Part shown: positions 47,999 through 57,806 of the stretch, piece after piece
Numbering within the stretch: the first letter of the stretch is position 1
Layout of the letters: each line of letters opens with the position of its first letter
DNA from: a bacterium
GTDB lineage: Bacteria; Electryoneota; RPQS01; DYHQ01
Assembly (NCBI GenBank): GCA_030622545.1
Contig: JAUXGA010000009.1
Coordinates: 42,203-106,202, forward strand
Direction of reading: 5' to 3'
Length of the DNA: 64,000 nucleotides
Position numbers and translations under genes: made by a program
The notes under the pieces: model-generated
Database searches by the model: none
Seen by the model: only the letters and a program-made list of their open reading frames with translations
Told to the model about the DNA's origin: nothing

Positions 47999-49009
47999 AT
48001 GCCGGGACTTGTGAACATTGAAAGACATATTGTCGAACAAGAACGCGCGAATCCGGGCGCGACAGGAGAGCTCAGCGATCTTCTCTATCAGCTCGCCCTC
48101 GCTGCCAAAATTATCAACCGGAGTGTGCGGCGCGCCGGAATTCTGAATATCTTGGGCACGACCGGCGAGATTAACGTGCAGGACGAAGAAGTCATGAAGC
48201 TCGACGATTTAGCCTATGAAACGATGTACAACGCCTTCGACCATTCCGGGTCGCTGTGCGTCATGGCTTCAGAAGAGAGCGAGGGCATTATTCCGATTCC
48301 ACGCGAGTTTGAAGTGGGGAAGTACACACTCGCATTCGATCCGCTCGACGGCTCGTCGAATATCGATGCCAACGTGAATGTGGGAACGATTTTCTCGGCG
48401 CATCGGCGTGTCACTCGCGGCGGGCGCGGTCGGGAAAGCGACCTGCTGCAAGTTGGACGGAAGCAGGTGGCGGCGGGCTACATCATGTACGGTTCTTCGA
48501 CGATGCTCGTCTATACGACCGGCCACGGCGTCCACGGCTTCACGCTTGATGCGACCGTCGGAGAGTTTTTGCTTTCGCATGAAAATATTCGCATTCCTCC
48601 GAAAGGAAAAATCTACAGCGTCAATACAGGTAACCGTCGCTACTGGTCGGAAGGTGTGAAGAAGTACGTTGACCACCTTGAAGAAGAAGATAAAGCAACC
48701 AATCGTCCCTATTCGATGCGCTATATCGGCTCCCTCGTCGCTGATTTTCATCGCACGATGCTCTATGGCGGCATTTTCATGTACCCGAAAGATCTGAAAA
48801 ACGCGAAGAAGCCGAGCGGTAAGCTGCGGCTGCTCTATGAAGCCGCGCCGCTGGCGATGGTGATTGAGCAGGCGGGAGGTCGGGCTTCGGACGGCGAGAT
48901 GGACATTAATGATATTCAGCCCACCGACTTGCACCAGCGCGTCCCACTTTACATCGGCTCCAAAGAAGACGTCGATCAAGCCGAGGAATACATCAAGAAA
49001 CACGGCTAA
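47999..49009 (+). CDS. fbp: Class 1 fructose-1,6-bisphosphatase
   Basis: [33 protein letters not shown]. Confidence 0.96.
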   Translation: MPGLVNIERHIVEQERANPGATGELSDLLYQLALAAKIINRSVRRAGILNILGTTGEINVQDEEVMKLDDLAYETMYNAFDHSGSLCVMASEESEGIIPIPREFEVGKYTLAFDPLDGSSNIDANVNVGTIFSAHRRVTRGGRGRESDLLQVGRKQVAAGYIMYGSSTMLVYTTGHGVHGFTLDATVGEFLLSHENIRIPPKGKIYSVNTGNRRYWSEGVKKYVDHLEEEDKATNRPYSMRYIGSLVADFHRTMLYGGIFMYPKDLKNAKKPSGKLRLLYEAAPLAMVIEQAGGRASDGEMDINDIQPTDLHQRVPLYIGSKEDVDQAEEYIKKHG

Positions 49010-49035
49010 ACCTACCTGAATATCCCATAAAAAAC

Positions 49036-49073
49036 AAACCGCCGGAGATTTTCGAATTTCCGGCGGTTTCTTG
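49036..49073 (+). terminator. Intrinsic terminator
   Basis: AAACCGCCGGA/TCCGGCGGTTT stem. Confidence 0.75.
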
Positions 49074-49108
49074 TATCAAAGAGAGCGGCGGGCTGCAAAG
49101 TAAATCGT

Positions 49109-49137
49109 TTGATTTCGCAAGAAAAAAGTCGTATATT
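49109..49137 (+). promoter_or_regulatory. Promoter of tRNA-Leu-tig
   Basis: TTGATT-17 nt-TATATT, 9 nt before the tRNA. Confidence 0.65.
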
Positions 49138-49146
49138 CAACGATAA

Positions 49147-49231
49147 GCGAGAATGGCGGAACTGGCAGACGCGCCAGACTTAGGATCTGGTGCCCCAGAA
49201 GGGCGTGGGGGTTCGACTCCCCCTTCTCGCA
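49147..49231 (+). tRNA. tRNA-Leu(TAG)
   Basis: Acceptor GCGAGAA/TTCTCGC-A, anticodon arm CCAGA-CTTAGGA-TCTGG, long variable arm, GGTTCGACTCC; CCA not encoded. Confidence 0.96.
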
Positions 49232-49270
49232 CGTCAGCTTTGATACGAATTCTCTTTTTAGGAGTTCGCC

Positions 49271-50584
49271 TTGCAAATCGAAAAGACCGATGTGAGTGCT
49301 GTCGAAATACAGTTGACAGTCACCATTCCGCCGGAAGATATGGCCGGGCGCGTGGAAGAGGCTCAGCGTCGAATAGCCCGTAAGGTGCAGTTGCCCGGGT
49401 TTCGCAAAGGGCACGCCCCAAAAAAAGTCATCTGGCAGCGTTACGGCGATTCCATCACCGCCGATGCCGTGGAAAACGCCCTGCAGGACTACTACCGAGC
49501 GGCGCTCCAGAAAATGGACATCAACCCGCTCGCGCCCGGAAAAATGGAAGAAGTCTCTTTCAAACCCGGCGAGCCTCTTGTTTTCAAAGTCAAATTGGAA
49601 AAAGCGCCAGAAATCACCGTGCCGGATTTTTCCGATGTTTCGGTTGAACTCGAGCAGCCGCAGGTCTCGGAAGAAGATGTTCTGGAAGCCATTGATCATA
49701 TTCGCGAGCAGCAGGCGATTCTCACGCCAACCGATGAACCTGTCAATGAAGATTCCGTGCTCATGGTGGACATTCAGGAGCTGGATCCGAGCGGCCTTCC
49801 CATCGTCGGCAGAGCACAGCGGGATGCTCACATAGACATGCAGCATAATCCGCTTGGTAAGGATTTTGCTGAGAAAGTGATGAGAGCGCGGGAAGGGGAG
49901 CAGGTTCGTTTCATAATCGACACCGCCAGCGGTTCTCCGGAGGAAAAGAAACCCTCGGTTCATCTGGAAGTGACGCTCAAATCCGTCCGCCGGAAAGAGC
50001 TGCCGCCATTTGATGATGATTTTGCCGCCTCACTCAATCCGAAAATCACCTCGACCGACGCGCTCAAAGAAGATCTGCATAAGCAACTGACCGCTCGCGC
50101 CGCGAGTAGCGCCCGACGGAAAATGCACAATCACCTGATTGACGCGCTGCTGCGCGAAGAGGATTTCCCCGTACCGCCTCAGATGCTGGATGATTATCTG
50201 AATCGCCTTATTACAGATTCGAGGGGTGACAATGGAGAACAGGATGCGGAGAAAGATAAAGCGTTCAAAGAGGAGCTGCATGCGGTCGGAGTTCGAAATG
50301 TTCGCTGGTTTCTGCTGAGGCAGGTGCTTATTCGGGTTCATGAACTGAAAGCGAGCGAAGAAGACCTTGAACGTGAGTTTGAAATCCTCTCGAAAATGTC
50401 AGGAAAATCTTTGGATGAGATAAAGGCAACTTACGCCGATAAAGATAAACGGAGCGATTTATTGGAAGCGGTGACTGACCGGAATATTTTCGCGTTTCTC
50501 GAGAAGCAAATCACAGTGGTGCCCGTTCCGGTGGATTTGGCGACGTTCGAGGGACGCGCTCCCGGCCGCATCATCGCACCATAA
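49271..50584 (+). CDS. tig: Trigger factor
   Basis: LPGFRKGHAP signature; tRNA-Leu-tig-clpP-clpX synteny. Confidence 0.93.
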   Translation: MQIEKTDVSAVEIQLTVTIPPEDMAGRVEEAQRRIARKVQLPGFRKGHAPKKVIWQRYGDSITADAVENALQDYYRAALQKMDINPLAPGKMEEVSFKPGEPLVFKVKLEKAPEITVPDFSDVSVELEQPQVSEEDVLEAIDHIREQQAILTPTDEPVNEDSVLMVDIQELDPSGLPIVGRAQRDAHIDMQHNPLGKDFAEKVMRAREGEQVRFIIDTASGSPEEKKPSVHLEVTLKSVRRKELPPFDDDFAASLNPKITSTDALKEDLHKQLTARAASSARRKMHNHLIDALLREEDFPVPPQMLDDYLNRLITDSRGDNGEQDAEKDKAFKEELHAVGVRNVRWFLLRQVLIRVHELKASEEDLEREFEILSKMSGKSLDEIKATYADKDKRSDLLEAVTDRNIFAFLEKQITVVPVPVDLATFEGRAPGRIIAP

Positions 50585-50588
50585 AATC

Positions 50589-50686
50589 TCCCCCCGCGTG
50601 CGGGGGAACCATTCCTCGCCGAGCCGGGTTCAGCGCTCGTTTCGGTCAATCAACCAGTGAGTTTTCGCGCGTAACCCGGCCGGAAC
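50589..50686 (+). repeat. Poly-C/G palindrome plus long-loop CGCCG repeat
   Basis: Same arrangement as 6030-6166; CGCCG unit at 50617-50686. Confidence 0.85.
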
Positions 50687-50740
50687 TTCGACAGGGGATT
50701 TTCAAAATATCGAATCATGCAAGATAAGAAAGGAATAGAT

Positions 50741-51346
50741 ATGTCACTCGTTCCCATGGTCATTGAACAGACAGGGCGTGGGGAGCGTGCCTTTGATATT
50801 TTCTCAAGGCTGCTCAAAGAAAGAATCATTTTCATCGGGACTGCGATTGACGATACGGTCGCCAGTCTCGTGATTGCGCAACTGATCTTTCTATCCGCCG
50901 AAGACCCCGACAAGGACATCAGTATCTACATCAACAGTCCGGGAGGTCTCGTCACATCAGGGCTCGCCATCTACGATACCATGCAATACATCAAACCCGA
51001 TATCGTGACGATTTGCATGGGGCAGGCGGCGTCTATGGCGGCGGTGCTTTTGGCGGCGGGAAAATCGAACAAGCGCAGCGCGCTACCGAACGCCCGCATA
51101 ATGCTTCATCAACCGCTCGGCGGAGTTCAGGGACAGGCGGTGGATATCGAGATTCACGCCAAGGAAATCCTGAAGATTCGCTTGCGGCTCAATGAAATCA
51201 TTGCAAGTCACACGGGTCGCGATGTCGAGCAGGTCGAAAAGGATACAGACCGCAACTACTTCATGTCCGCGGAAGAAGCGAAAGATTACGGTATCATCGA
51301 CGAAATCGTCGTACCTAAAATCAGCACGAACGATAAAAAGAAATAA
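50741..51346 (+). CDS. clpP: ATP-dependent Clp protease proteolytic subunit
   Basis: [40 protein letters not shown]. Confidence 0.97.
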   Translation: MSLVPMVIEQTGRGERAFDIFSRLLKERIIFIGTAIDDTVASLVIAQLIFLSAEDPDKDISIYINSPGGLVTSGLAIYDTMQYIKPDIVTICMGQAASMAAVLLAAGKSNKRSALPNARIMLHQPLGGVQGQAVDIEIHAKEILKIRLRLNEIIASHTGRDVEQVEKDTDRNYFMSAEEAKDYGIIDEIVVPKISTNDKKK

Positions 51347-51374
51347 CCGGATACGTTTATCCGGAAAGGTTTTT

Positions 51375-52613
51375 ATGACAGCCGAGGATACTCCCGTTTG
51401 CTCATTCTGCGGTCGCGCGGAAAAGCAGGTGCAGACCCTGCTGAAATTCCAGAATGGAGTTGCGATTTGCGATGCCTGCGCCGAGCAGGCTTTTCAGATT
51501 ACGCAATTGAACCGCGCCGGCAGACGGCGCTTGACCATTGATTCGTTTCCCATTCCTGAGGAAATTAAAAGTCAGCTTGATGACTATGTCATCGGGCAGG
51601 AGCAGGCGAAACGGCGTGTGGCGGTAGCGGTTTATAATCACTACAAACGCATCAACGCGCGCTCAAAACCTTCGACGGTCGAACTCGAAAAATCGAATAT
51701 CCTGCTTGTCGGCCCCACGGGCACCGGCAAAACATTGATGGCGCAGACGCTCGCGCGCTTCCTTCAGGTGCCGTTCGCTATCGCCGATGCGACGACCATC
51801 ACCGAAGCGGGCTACGTGGGCGAAGACGTGGAAAATGTTCTTGTGCGTCTTCTGCAGGCCGCCGATTACAGTGTTGAGCGAGCGGAGATAGGTATCGTCT
51901 ATATAGATGAGCTCGATAAAATCGCCCGTAAAGAAACGAATGTCTCGATAACGCGCGACGTGTCAGGCGAGGGTGTTCAGCAAGCTCTCTTGAAAATCCT
52001 CGAAGGAACCGTGGCTTCCCTGCCGCCTCAAGGCGGGCGCAAACATCCGGAACAGAAACTGATTTCCCTCAATACGAAGAACGTTCTTTTCATTTGCGGT
52101 GGAGCTTTTGAAGGCTTGGAAAGGATTATCCGGTCACGCGTCGCGAAGCGGCCGATGGGTTTTGGAGCCGGAGAAACGGAAACAAGCGAATTTTCTCCCT
52201 ATGAATTGCTCTCGCAGGCCAGTTATGAAGACCTGCTGAAATTTGGTCTGATTCCGGAACTCATCGGACGGTTGCCGGTCATCTCGGCTTTCTCTGATTT
52301 GGATGAAGATGCACTCGTAAAGATTCTGGTGGAACCGAAGAATTCACTGGTCAAACAATACGAATACCTCTTCGAGATGGAGAACGTCACACTGACCTTT
52401 GCCGATGGAACTCTCGAAGCCATAGCGAAACTCGCTATAGAACGCAAGACCGGCGCTCGAGCGCTTCGCTCCATTCTTGAAGAAACCATGGTGAACATCC
52501 TCTACGAGATTCCCGGTCGGAAGGATGTCGCCGAAGTGATTATCACTCCAGAAGCCGTGCGGGAAAAAACCTCACCGCGCATCATCTCCGCCGAACAAAA
52601 AATCAGCGCCTAA
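51375..52613 (+). CDS. clpX: ATP-dependent Clp protease ATP-binding subunit
   Basis: CSFC...CDAC zinc finger, [29 protein letters not shown]. Confidence 0.97.
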   Translation: MTAEDTPVCSFCGRAEKQVQTLLKFQNGVAICDACAEQAFQITQLNRAGRRRLTIDSFPIPEEIKSQLDDYVIGQEQAKRRVAVAVYNHYKRINARSKPSTVELEKSNILLVGPTGTGKTLMAQTLARFLQVPFAIADATTITEAGYVGEDVENVLVRLLQAADYSVERAEIGIVYIDELDKIARKETNVSITRDVSGEGVQQALLKILEGTVASLPPQGGRKHPEQKLISLNTKNVLFICGGAFEGLERIIRSRVAKRPMGFGAGETETSEFSPYELLSQASYEDLLKFGLIPELIGRLPVISAFSDLDEDALVKILVEPKNSLVKQYEYLFEMENVTLTFADGTLEAIAKLAIERKTGARALRSILEETMVNILYEIPGRKDVAEVIITPEAVREKTSPRIISAEQKISA

Positions 52614-52620
52614 GGCAAAT

Positions 52621-52736
52621 CGCCGAGGCAGATCCCCTGATTTGCCCGGAATGTAAAAATTTGTAGGGGCGCTCCCACGTGTGCGCCCGCATTTGAATAC
52701 ACCGATTAACGGGCAGACACTTGGGTCAGCCCCTAC
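52621..52736 (+). repeat. CGCCG repeat plus inverted GTAG REP pair (REPIN-like)
   Basis: CGCCG unit at 52621-52653; GTAGGGGC...GCCCCTAC at 52663-52736. Confidence 0.85.
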
Positions 52737-52783
52737 AACAGATAAATACACCACGCCATCGTTGCCTTTCTTCAGCCAAAAAA

Positions 52784-54601
52784 ATGCCTTCCCGTCTTCT
52801 TTTCGCGGTTCTTATTTTTATCCTGCTTTTTTTCGCAGTGACCTCTCCGACGAACGCGGGTATCTGGAAGCCCATCGGTGAGGACAGAGACAGCCTTGCG
52901 CTGCACACACTGCGCGGCGTAGAATTGACGCGTCAAAGTGAACACCTTCACATCCTGATAAAGGCAGAAACACGTACTGACCTTGAACTGACATCGTCGT
53001 GGAAAAGCGAATGGATTCAGCCGGGCGGTAAAACCGAGAGACGCCGCCAAGACGGACGCTGGCATTTCTCGGCGCTTCACCCTTTGACGAAACCGGTGAA
53101 GCTGTGGCTTTCCACTCGAGGTGAACTCTTTGATGAACGCGCGGCGACACCCTCGGCTTTGATTTCCCCGGCAACCATACGCGTGTTGCGAGGCGGCGGC
53201 GGAGCCGTTTACGAACCGATACCTCATCTTGAACTTATCGCCGGTGGCGGTGTGATTGAGGATCGCCGTTTTGGTCATGTGATATCCGGCCCTCTATGGG
53301 AAACAGCCGGCAGACTGGCCGGATGGGATGTCAGCGGCTATGTTCAAGATATCGCGTTCAAAACCGAGTGGGAAAATCCCGGCAGTTATCGCAATCGCGA
53401 TCTGCAAGCGCGCTATGATGTTCGCAGAGAATTCTCGCCGGGAACAACAGGCCGCGCCGAGCTGGAAGCTTTGGAGATTCGCCGGAGTTACTTCACGAAT
53501 GAAAGAGATCTCTTAGCCACTCGTAAAGAACGACGTGCGCGTTTCAATAACGGATTTACCTACGCCATCCGAGATGACCTTAGAGCGGAGTTCAATGGAG
53601 AGCTCTTCAATACGAAAACCGAAATCGAACAGGGCGCAAATAAAAGTTCGCTCGAAGAAGCACGCGCTGTTTTTAAAACAGGACTCGTACGTCGGACACG
53701 CCGTTTCGCGGCAAGATTCGGTGTCGGCGTCAGTAGTGTATCGCAGACGATTGACGGAGACATCCTACAAGGACGGAAGACCAACCTATCACTGACAGCG
53801 GGATTCCAGCCGACATCGCGCGATTCTTTTTACGGCGGTTTCGAAGTCAGTAAATACCAGCTCGACACCCGTTCGGAACAAAACAATGATGACCGGGATG
53901 AAGTGCGCTTCGAGTTTCTAACGGGCGCGAAAGGAACTTTCAATCCCTATCTCCACTGGAGAACATGGGCGCGGGTGACGCTGGATCATCTGGTCTATAT
54001 TTTCCGGGAACGCTCGGCGAATAACCGCTGGACCCGTCTTTTTCTCATAGCATCAAGACTGCATCACCAGCCTTCACACGCATTCGAACAGACCTTTATG
54101 TTTGAAATCAGCGCGAATTATCAGGCGTTTGATTTTGAGCAGGATCCGCGGCAGGTGCGCAGCACTGTTTTTCGAAAACTCCGCGCCGGAGACAGCTTAG
54201 CGGTTGCGTTGACGCGAACGGTTTCCGTCGTAGCGCAATTGACATGGAAGCGCGAGGAACTGGGGCGGCTCTTCTGGCGTGAATTTCAGGAAGAACGTTC
54301 TGATGAAGTCACCTCCGTTTACAGTCGTCTGGAATTCCCGTGGCAAATCGGCAGGCGAACCACATTAGTCGTGGGAGGGCTTTGGAATCATCGCCGCGGA
54401 ATTCGCTTTTCCGGCGGTGACTTTAATCAAACAGAAGTATTTCAAGATTTGCAAACCTACGGACCGCTCTGGAAATTTCAGCACGGCTTGCGTTCGCCGC
54501 TGACAATCAACGCGGGAGGACAAGTGGTTCGACAACTCGAACTCGGTCGCGACGACCGATGGCTGGTCATGGGGGATATAGGAGTATCTATCAAGTGGTA
54601 G
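52784..54601 (+). CDS. Putative outer-membrane beta-barrel protein
   Basis: Signal peptide, amphipathic strand pattern, terminal Trp (IGVSIKW). Confidence 0.65.
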   Translation: MPSRLLFAVLIFILLFFAVTSPTNAGIWKPIGEDRDSLALHTLRGVELTRQSEHLHILIKAETRTDLELTSSWKSEWIQPGGKTERRRQDGRWHFSALHPLTKPVKLWLSTRGELFDERAATPSALISPATIRVLRGGGGAVYEPIPHLELIAGGGVIEDRRFGHVISGPLWETAGRLAGWDVSGYVQDIAFKTEWENPGSYRNRDLQARYDVRREFSPGTTGRAELEALEIRRSYFTNERDLLATRKERRARFNNGFTYAIRDDLRAEFNGELFNTKTEIEQGANKSSLEEARAVFKTGLVRRTRRFAARFGVGVSSVSQTIDGDILQGRKTNLSLTAGFQPTSRDSFYGGFEVSKYQLDTRSEQNNDDRDEVRFEFLTGAKGTFNPYLHWRTWARVTLDHLVYIFRERSANNRWTRLFLIASRLHHQPSHAFEQTFMFEISANYQAFDFEQDPRQVRSTVFRKLRAGDSLAVALTRTVSVVAQLTWKREELGRLFWREFQEERSDEVTSVYSRLEFPWQIGRRTTLVVGGLWNHRRGIRFSGGDFNQTEVFQDLQTYGPLWKFQHGLRSPLTINAGGQVVRQLELGRDDRWLVMGDIGVSIKW

Positions 54602-55344
54602 CTGTACGTGAATGGGGAGAAACATTTTATGCGCCGCCCGAAGCACTCCGAGGTGAGCAGGTGCTTCTCGGTGGAGATGAAGCGCATCATCTGGTGCGAG
54701 TGCTTCGCAAGCGAGTGGGTGAGCATGTAGGCGTCATGGACGGCAAAGGAAACTACTACATCTGCCGAATCGAGAATACCGAAGGCCCGGTGACATTACA
54801 TGTCGAACGTCACCTTCCGTGGCGGGGAGAGACGCGCAGTCCGGTTGTCTTGCTCCAGGCGATTCTGAAAGAGCCCGCAATGGATGATGTCGTGGATCGC
54901 GCCACGCAGATGGGAGTGTCTTCTATCGTGTGGATTCCCACCGCGCACGCGGTGGGAAATTTGACCGAAGCAAAGCTGGCGCGCCATCAGCGCATCGCTC
55001 GAGCAGCGGCGAAACAATGCGGCCGCTCTGTTATTCCGACTGTCGAAAAAGCGGACAGTTTTCAGCAGGTTCTCGAACAGTTTCGCAATAGGCGCGTGAT
55101 GTATGTCGCGCATCCGCTGGATTCTCCGAGTACGTTTGTTTCCAACGAAACCGGCTCGAAAGAAGAATTAGTGGATGGAGGTGTGCTTCTGGTCGGACCG
55201 GAAGGAGGACTTTCGCAGGAAGAAACTACCCTCGCGCAGCGCAGCCGATTTGCATGGCTCTCTCTGGGGAATCGCCGCCTTCGTTCCCCGACAGCCGCTA
55301 CCGTCGGTCTCGCCATTCTTCTTCGCCAGCTCGGCGAATTCTAA
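54595..55344 (+). CDS. rsmE: 16S rRNA m3U1498 methyltransferase
   Basis: HHLVRVLR, AAAKQCGR, VGPEGG, SLGNRRLR..TA. Confidence 0.92.
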   Translation: MVAVREWGETFYAPPEALRGEQVLLGGDEAHHLVRVLRKRVGEHVGVMDGKGNYYICRIENTEGPVTLHVERHLPWRGETRSPVVLLQAILKEPAMDDVVDRATQMGVSSIVWIPTAHAVGNLTEAKLARHQRIARAAAKQCGRSVIPTVEKADSFQQVLEQFRNRRVMYVAHPLDSPSTFVSNETGSKEELVDGGVLLVGPEGGLSQEETTLAQRSRFAWLSLGNRRLRSPTAATVGLAILLRQLGEF

Positions 55345-55367
55345 TTCGTATAAAGATCGAAAAAAAG

Positions 55368-55395
55368 AAACCGGATTTCTCTCCGGTTTTTTATT
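55368..55395 (+). terminator. Intrinsic terminator
   Basis: AAACCGGA/TCCGGTTT stem plus T run. Confidence 0.7.
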
Positions 55396-55586
55396 TCCCC
55401 CCGCATGCGGGGGTAACCTTTCCTCGCCGAGCCGGGTTCCCCAAATCGCCGCGAGTGGGTGCCCCCACCCCTCGCGTAAAGTGATGCGGTGTTGGCTGCT
55501 TGCAGCCGACCCTTTTCCCTACGGGCTGGCTCTGCCTGTCCTGTCTTTCACGGCATCACACCGACGGGACAGAGCCCGCCGGTAGG
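55396..55586 (+). repeat. Cluster of palindromic repeats
   Basis: Poly-C/G unit, CGCCG units (55425 partial, 55447-55476), GCGGTGTTG unit (55486-55512), CCTAC...GTAGG hairpin. Confidence 0.8.
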
Positions 55587-55633
55587 ATGATGTTGTTCAC
55601 TCGCAATGGCAGAATTGCCCGGAACTAAAAAAC

Positions 55634-56809
55634 ATGAACCAAACGCAAGCCTTCATCACGTTCATCCTCGCCATTCTGACTATTTCCGGTCTTCTGCATT
55701 GGTTCCTCTATGCACGGTTGGTTATAGCACTGAACATCACGTCAACCACTGTGTTATGGTCGCTTCGATTTCTGGCTGGGTTTCTGGCAATTTCCTTTAT
55801 TCTTGCCCGTATGTTGGACACGTTCGCGCCGCGCCCTCTGGTTCTGGCGTTCGACGGATTCGCGTCCGTCTGGATGGGGATGATGTTTCAGCTCCTATGG
55901 ATAACGTTTGATTTGTGGATTCTCAAACTGTTGCTTAGGTTGACAGGTCTCTGGGGAAGATTGCCGCACGCAGCCGTGGGGAAAGTCTCTGTTCTTGTCG
56001 TTTTCGCAGTTGCGGTGGCGTTGTGTACATGGGCAATGGTAATCGCGCAGCGTCCTGCGCGTGTTGTCAATGCTCATGTGCCTGTCAAAGGCATTACTTC
56101 GGAACTGCGGCAAATGAAAATCGCAATGGTCGCTGATTTTCACGCGGGTTTGCTGGTGAGCAAGAACAAGGTTGAGTATTGGGTGCAGGAAATTAACCAG
56201 CTCGAACCGGATGTGATTTTAATTCCGGGCGATGTTATTGAACGTCCGCCGCATCGCATGATGGAATTTGCCGATGCTTTCCGCAAACTGAAAGCCCCAC
56301 TCGGCGTGTATGTTTCCACCGGCAATCATGAATATTTTGTCGGATTGAACAGCGCGCTAAAATTTTTCGAAGCAGCGAACATGCGCGTGCTGATGAACGA
56401 CGTAGAAACACTTCCCGGCGGACTTCTGCTTGCCGCTGTCGAAGATCAGACAGCTTCCATGTGGAAACGACCGATTCCGCCGATGAATGAATTGTTAGGG
56501 GATAGCGCCAAAGACCATCCAACGATTTTGATGAATCACACACCTTCAACCCGCGGCGCTCGAAAAGCAACTGCAGTGGGTGTGGATTTAATGGTTTCCG
56601 GCCATACGCATGGCGGGCAGATGTGGCCGTTTTCGTATCTTTCCCGTCTGGCCTATCCGTTTCATCACGGTTTGTATCCCGTCAATGACGGCTACCAGCT
56701 CACAACCTGCGGCATCGGCACATGGGGCCCGCCGATGCGGCTTGGCACCTCACCCGAAATCCTCCTGATTCACCTCGTCGGCAAAGACGAACCCGCCACC
56801 AATAAATAA
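55634..56809 (+). CDS. Membrane-bound metallophosphoesterase (YkuE-like)
   Basis: N-terminal TM helices; DFH, GD, GNHE, SGHTHGGQ, GTWGPPMR. Confidence 0.9.
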   Translation: MNQTQAFITFILAILTISGLLHWFLYARLVIALNITSTTVLWSLRFLAGFLAISFILARMLDTFAPRPLVLAFDGFASVWMGMMFQLLWITFDLWILKLLLRLTGLWGRLPHAAVGKVSVLVVFAVAVALCTWAMVIAQRPARVVNAHVPVKGITSELRQMKIAMVADFHAGLLVSKNKVEYWVQEINQLEPDVILIPGDVIERPPHRMMEFADAFRKLKAPLGVYVSTGNHEYFVGLNSALKFFEAANMRVLMNDVETLPGGLLLAAVEDQTASMWKRPIPPMNELLGDSAKDHPTILMNHTPSTRGARKATAVGVDLMVSGHTHGGQMWPFSYLSRLAYPFHHGLYPVNDGYQLTTCGIGTWGPPMRLGTSPEILLIHLVGKDEPATNK

Positions 56810-56818
56810 CCTCATCAC

Positions 56819-56922
56819 GCGCAACCCGGCCGGAATTCCAAACCTCCGCCGCGGCGAATCCCCAGATTCGCCCGGAATGGTGCTCCATGCGAAGCCGAGC
56901 ATGCAAGACGCATGTCGCGGCG
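56819..56922 (+). repeat. CGCCG-family repeats (right half, complete, degenerate)
   Basis: AACCCGGCCGGAAT; CGCCGCGGCGAATCCCCAGATTCGCCCGGAATG (56847-56879). Confidence 0.8.
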
Positions 56923-56948
56923 AGCATAGACCCACACGGCGATGCAAG

Positions 56949-57806
56949 CTACTTCCAAGGAATATCGCAAGCGATGCAGAGGGCGCGGGAGATGAGGGCG
57001 GTGAGGACAGGTTCTTTGTAGTCGGTGGACCAGCGGCGACCGGCGGTGTGGATAACTTCGGCACTGCCCGCGCGACCGGCTTGTTTGAATCGTTCTTGAG
57101 AAGGAGGGAGGTTCTTCACGATGTCTTCGGCTTCGGAAAGTCGTCCATAGCGAGGTAGCGCGCTGCCGACGGAAATGCGAACATCATCGAGCACGTCGTT
57201 GCCGGTTACAAGCACAGCGACCGACACGCGCGAAATGGCCAACGCCTGACGACGACCGAGCTTCAAAAAAGATGTTCGTGCGGTTGGGGGTGGGGAGGGA
57301 AAATAAATATCTGTGATAAGTTCATCATGCTGCAGAATCGTTTTATAGGGCGCGAGGAAAAAATCCGACAGCGCGACCCTGCGCTTTCGTTTGACGCTCT
57401 GGTACGCGAGTTCCGCGTTCAATGCAATCAGCGGTGGAACCGTATCGGCGCAGCTTGCCGCGTTGGCGATGTTCCCGCCGATGGTTCCCTGCTCGCGGAT
57501 TTGCGGTGAACCGACGAGCGATGCCCCTTCCGGTAAAAAGGATGCAACGTGTCGGAGTTGTTTATGCTTCGCAAGTTCAGCGTGTGTGACGAGCGGGCCG
57601 ATGTGCCAGAAACCGTCCTTAATTTCGATTTCTTTTAGCTCGCGTAAATCACTCAGTGCAACCCACGTCTCATCCGCTGCGAAAGGAGCTCTTCTCCGCT
57701 CGATAAGAAGATCAGTTCCTCCGGCAAGCGGACGTGTGTTTTCATTCATCAGGAGTGCAAGCGCCGCCGCGAGTGTTTCCGGTCGTTCGATGCGGAGCGG
57801 GTTCAT
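56949..57806 (-). CDS. Xanthine dehydrogenase family FAD-binding subunit
   Basis: LAGGTDL, GSPQIR..GTIGGNIANA. Confidence 0.92.
   Translation of the reverse strand: MNPLRIERPETLAAALALLMNENTRPLAGGTDLLIERRRAPFAADETWVALSDLRELKEIEIKDGFWHIGPLVTHAELAKHKQLRHVASFLPEGASLVGSPQIREQGTIGGNIANAASCADTVPPLIALNAELAYQSVKRKRRVALSDFFLAPYKTILQHDELITDIYFPSPPPTARTSFLKLGRRQALAISRVSVAVLVTGNDVLDDVRISVGSALPRYGRLSEAEDIVKNLPPSQERFKQAGRAGSAEVIHTAGRRWSTDYKEPVLTALISRALCIACDIPWK

Noticed and set aside
49147-49270. tRNA-Leu as an integration site
   Set aside because: No duplicated tRNA 3' end or integrase seen; tig follows directly
49153-49383. 76-aa ORF
   Set aside because: Translation of the tRNA-Leu and a shifted frame of tig
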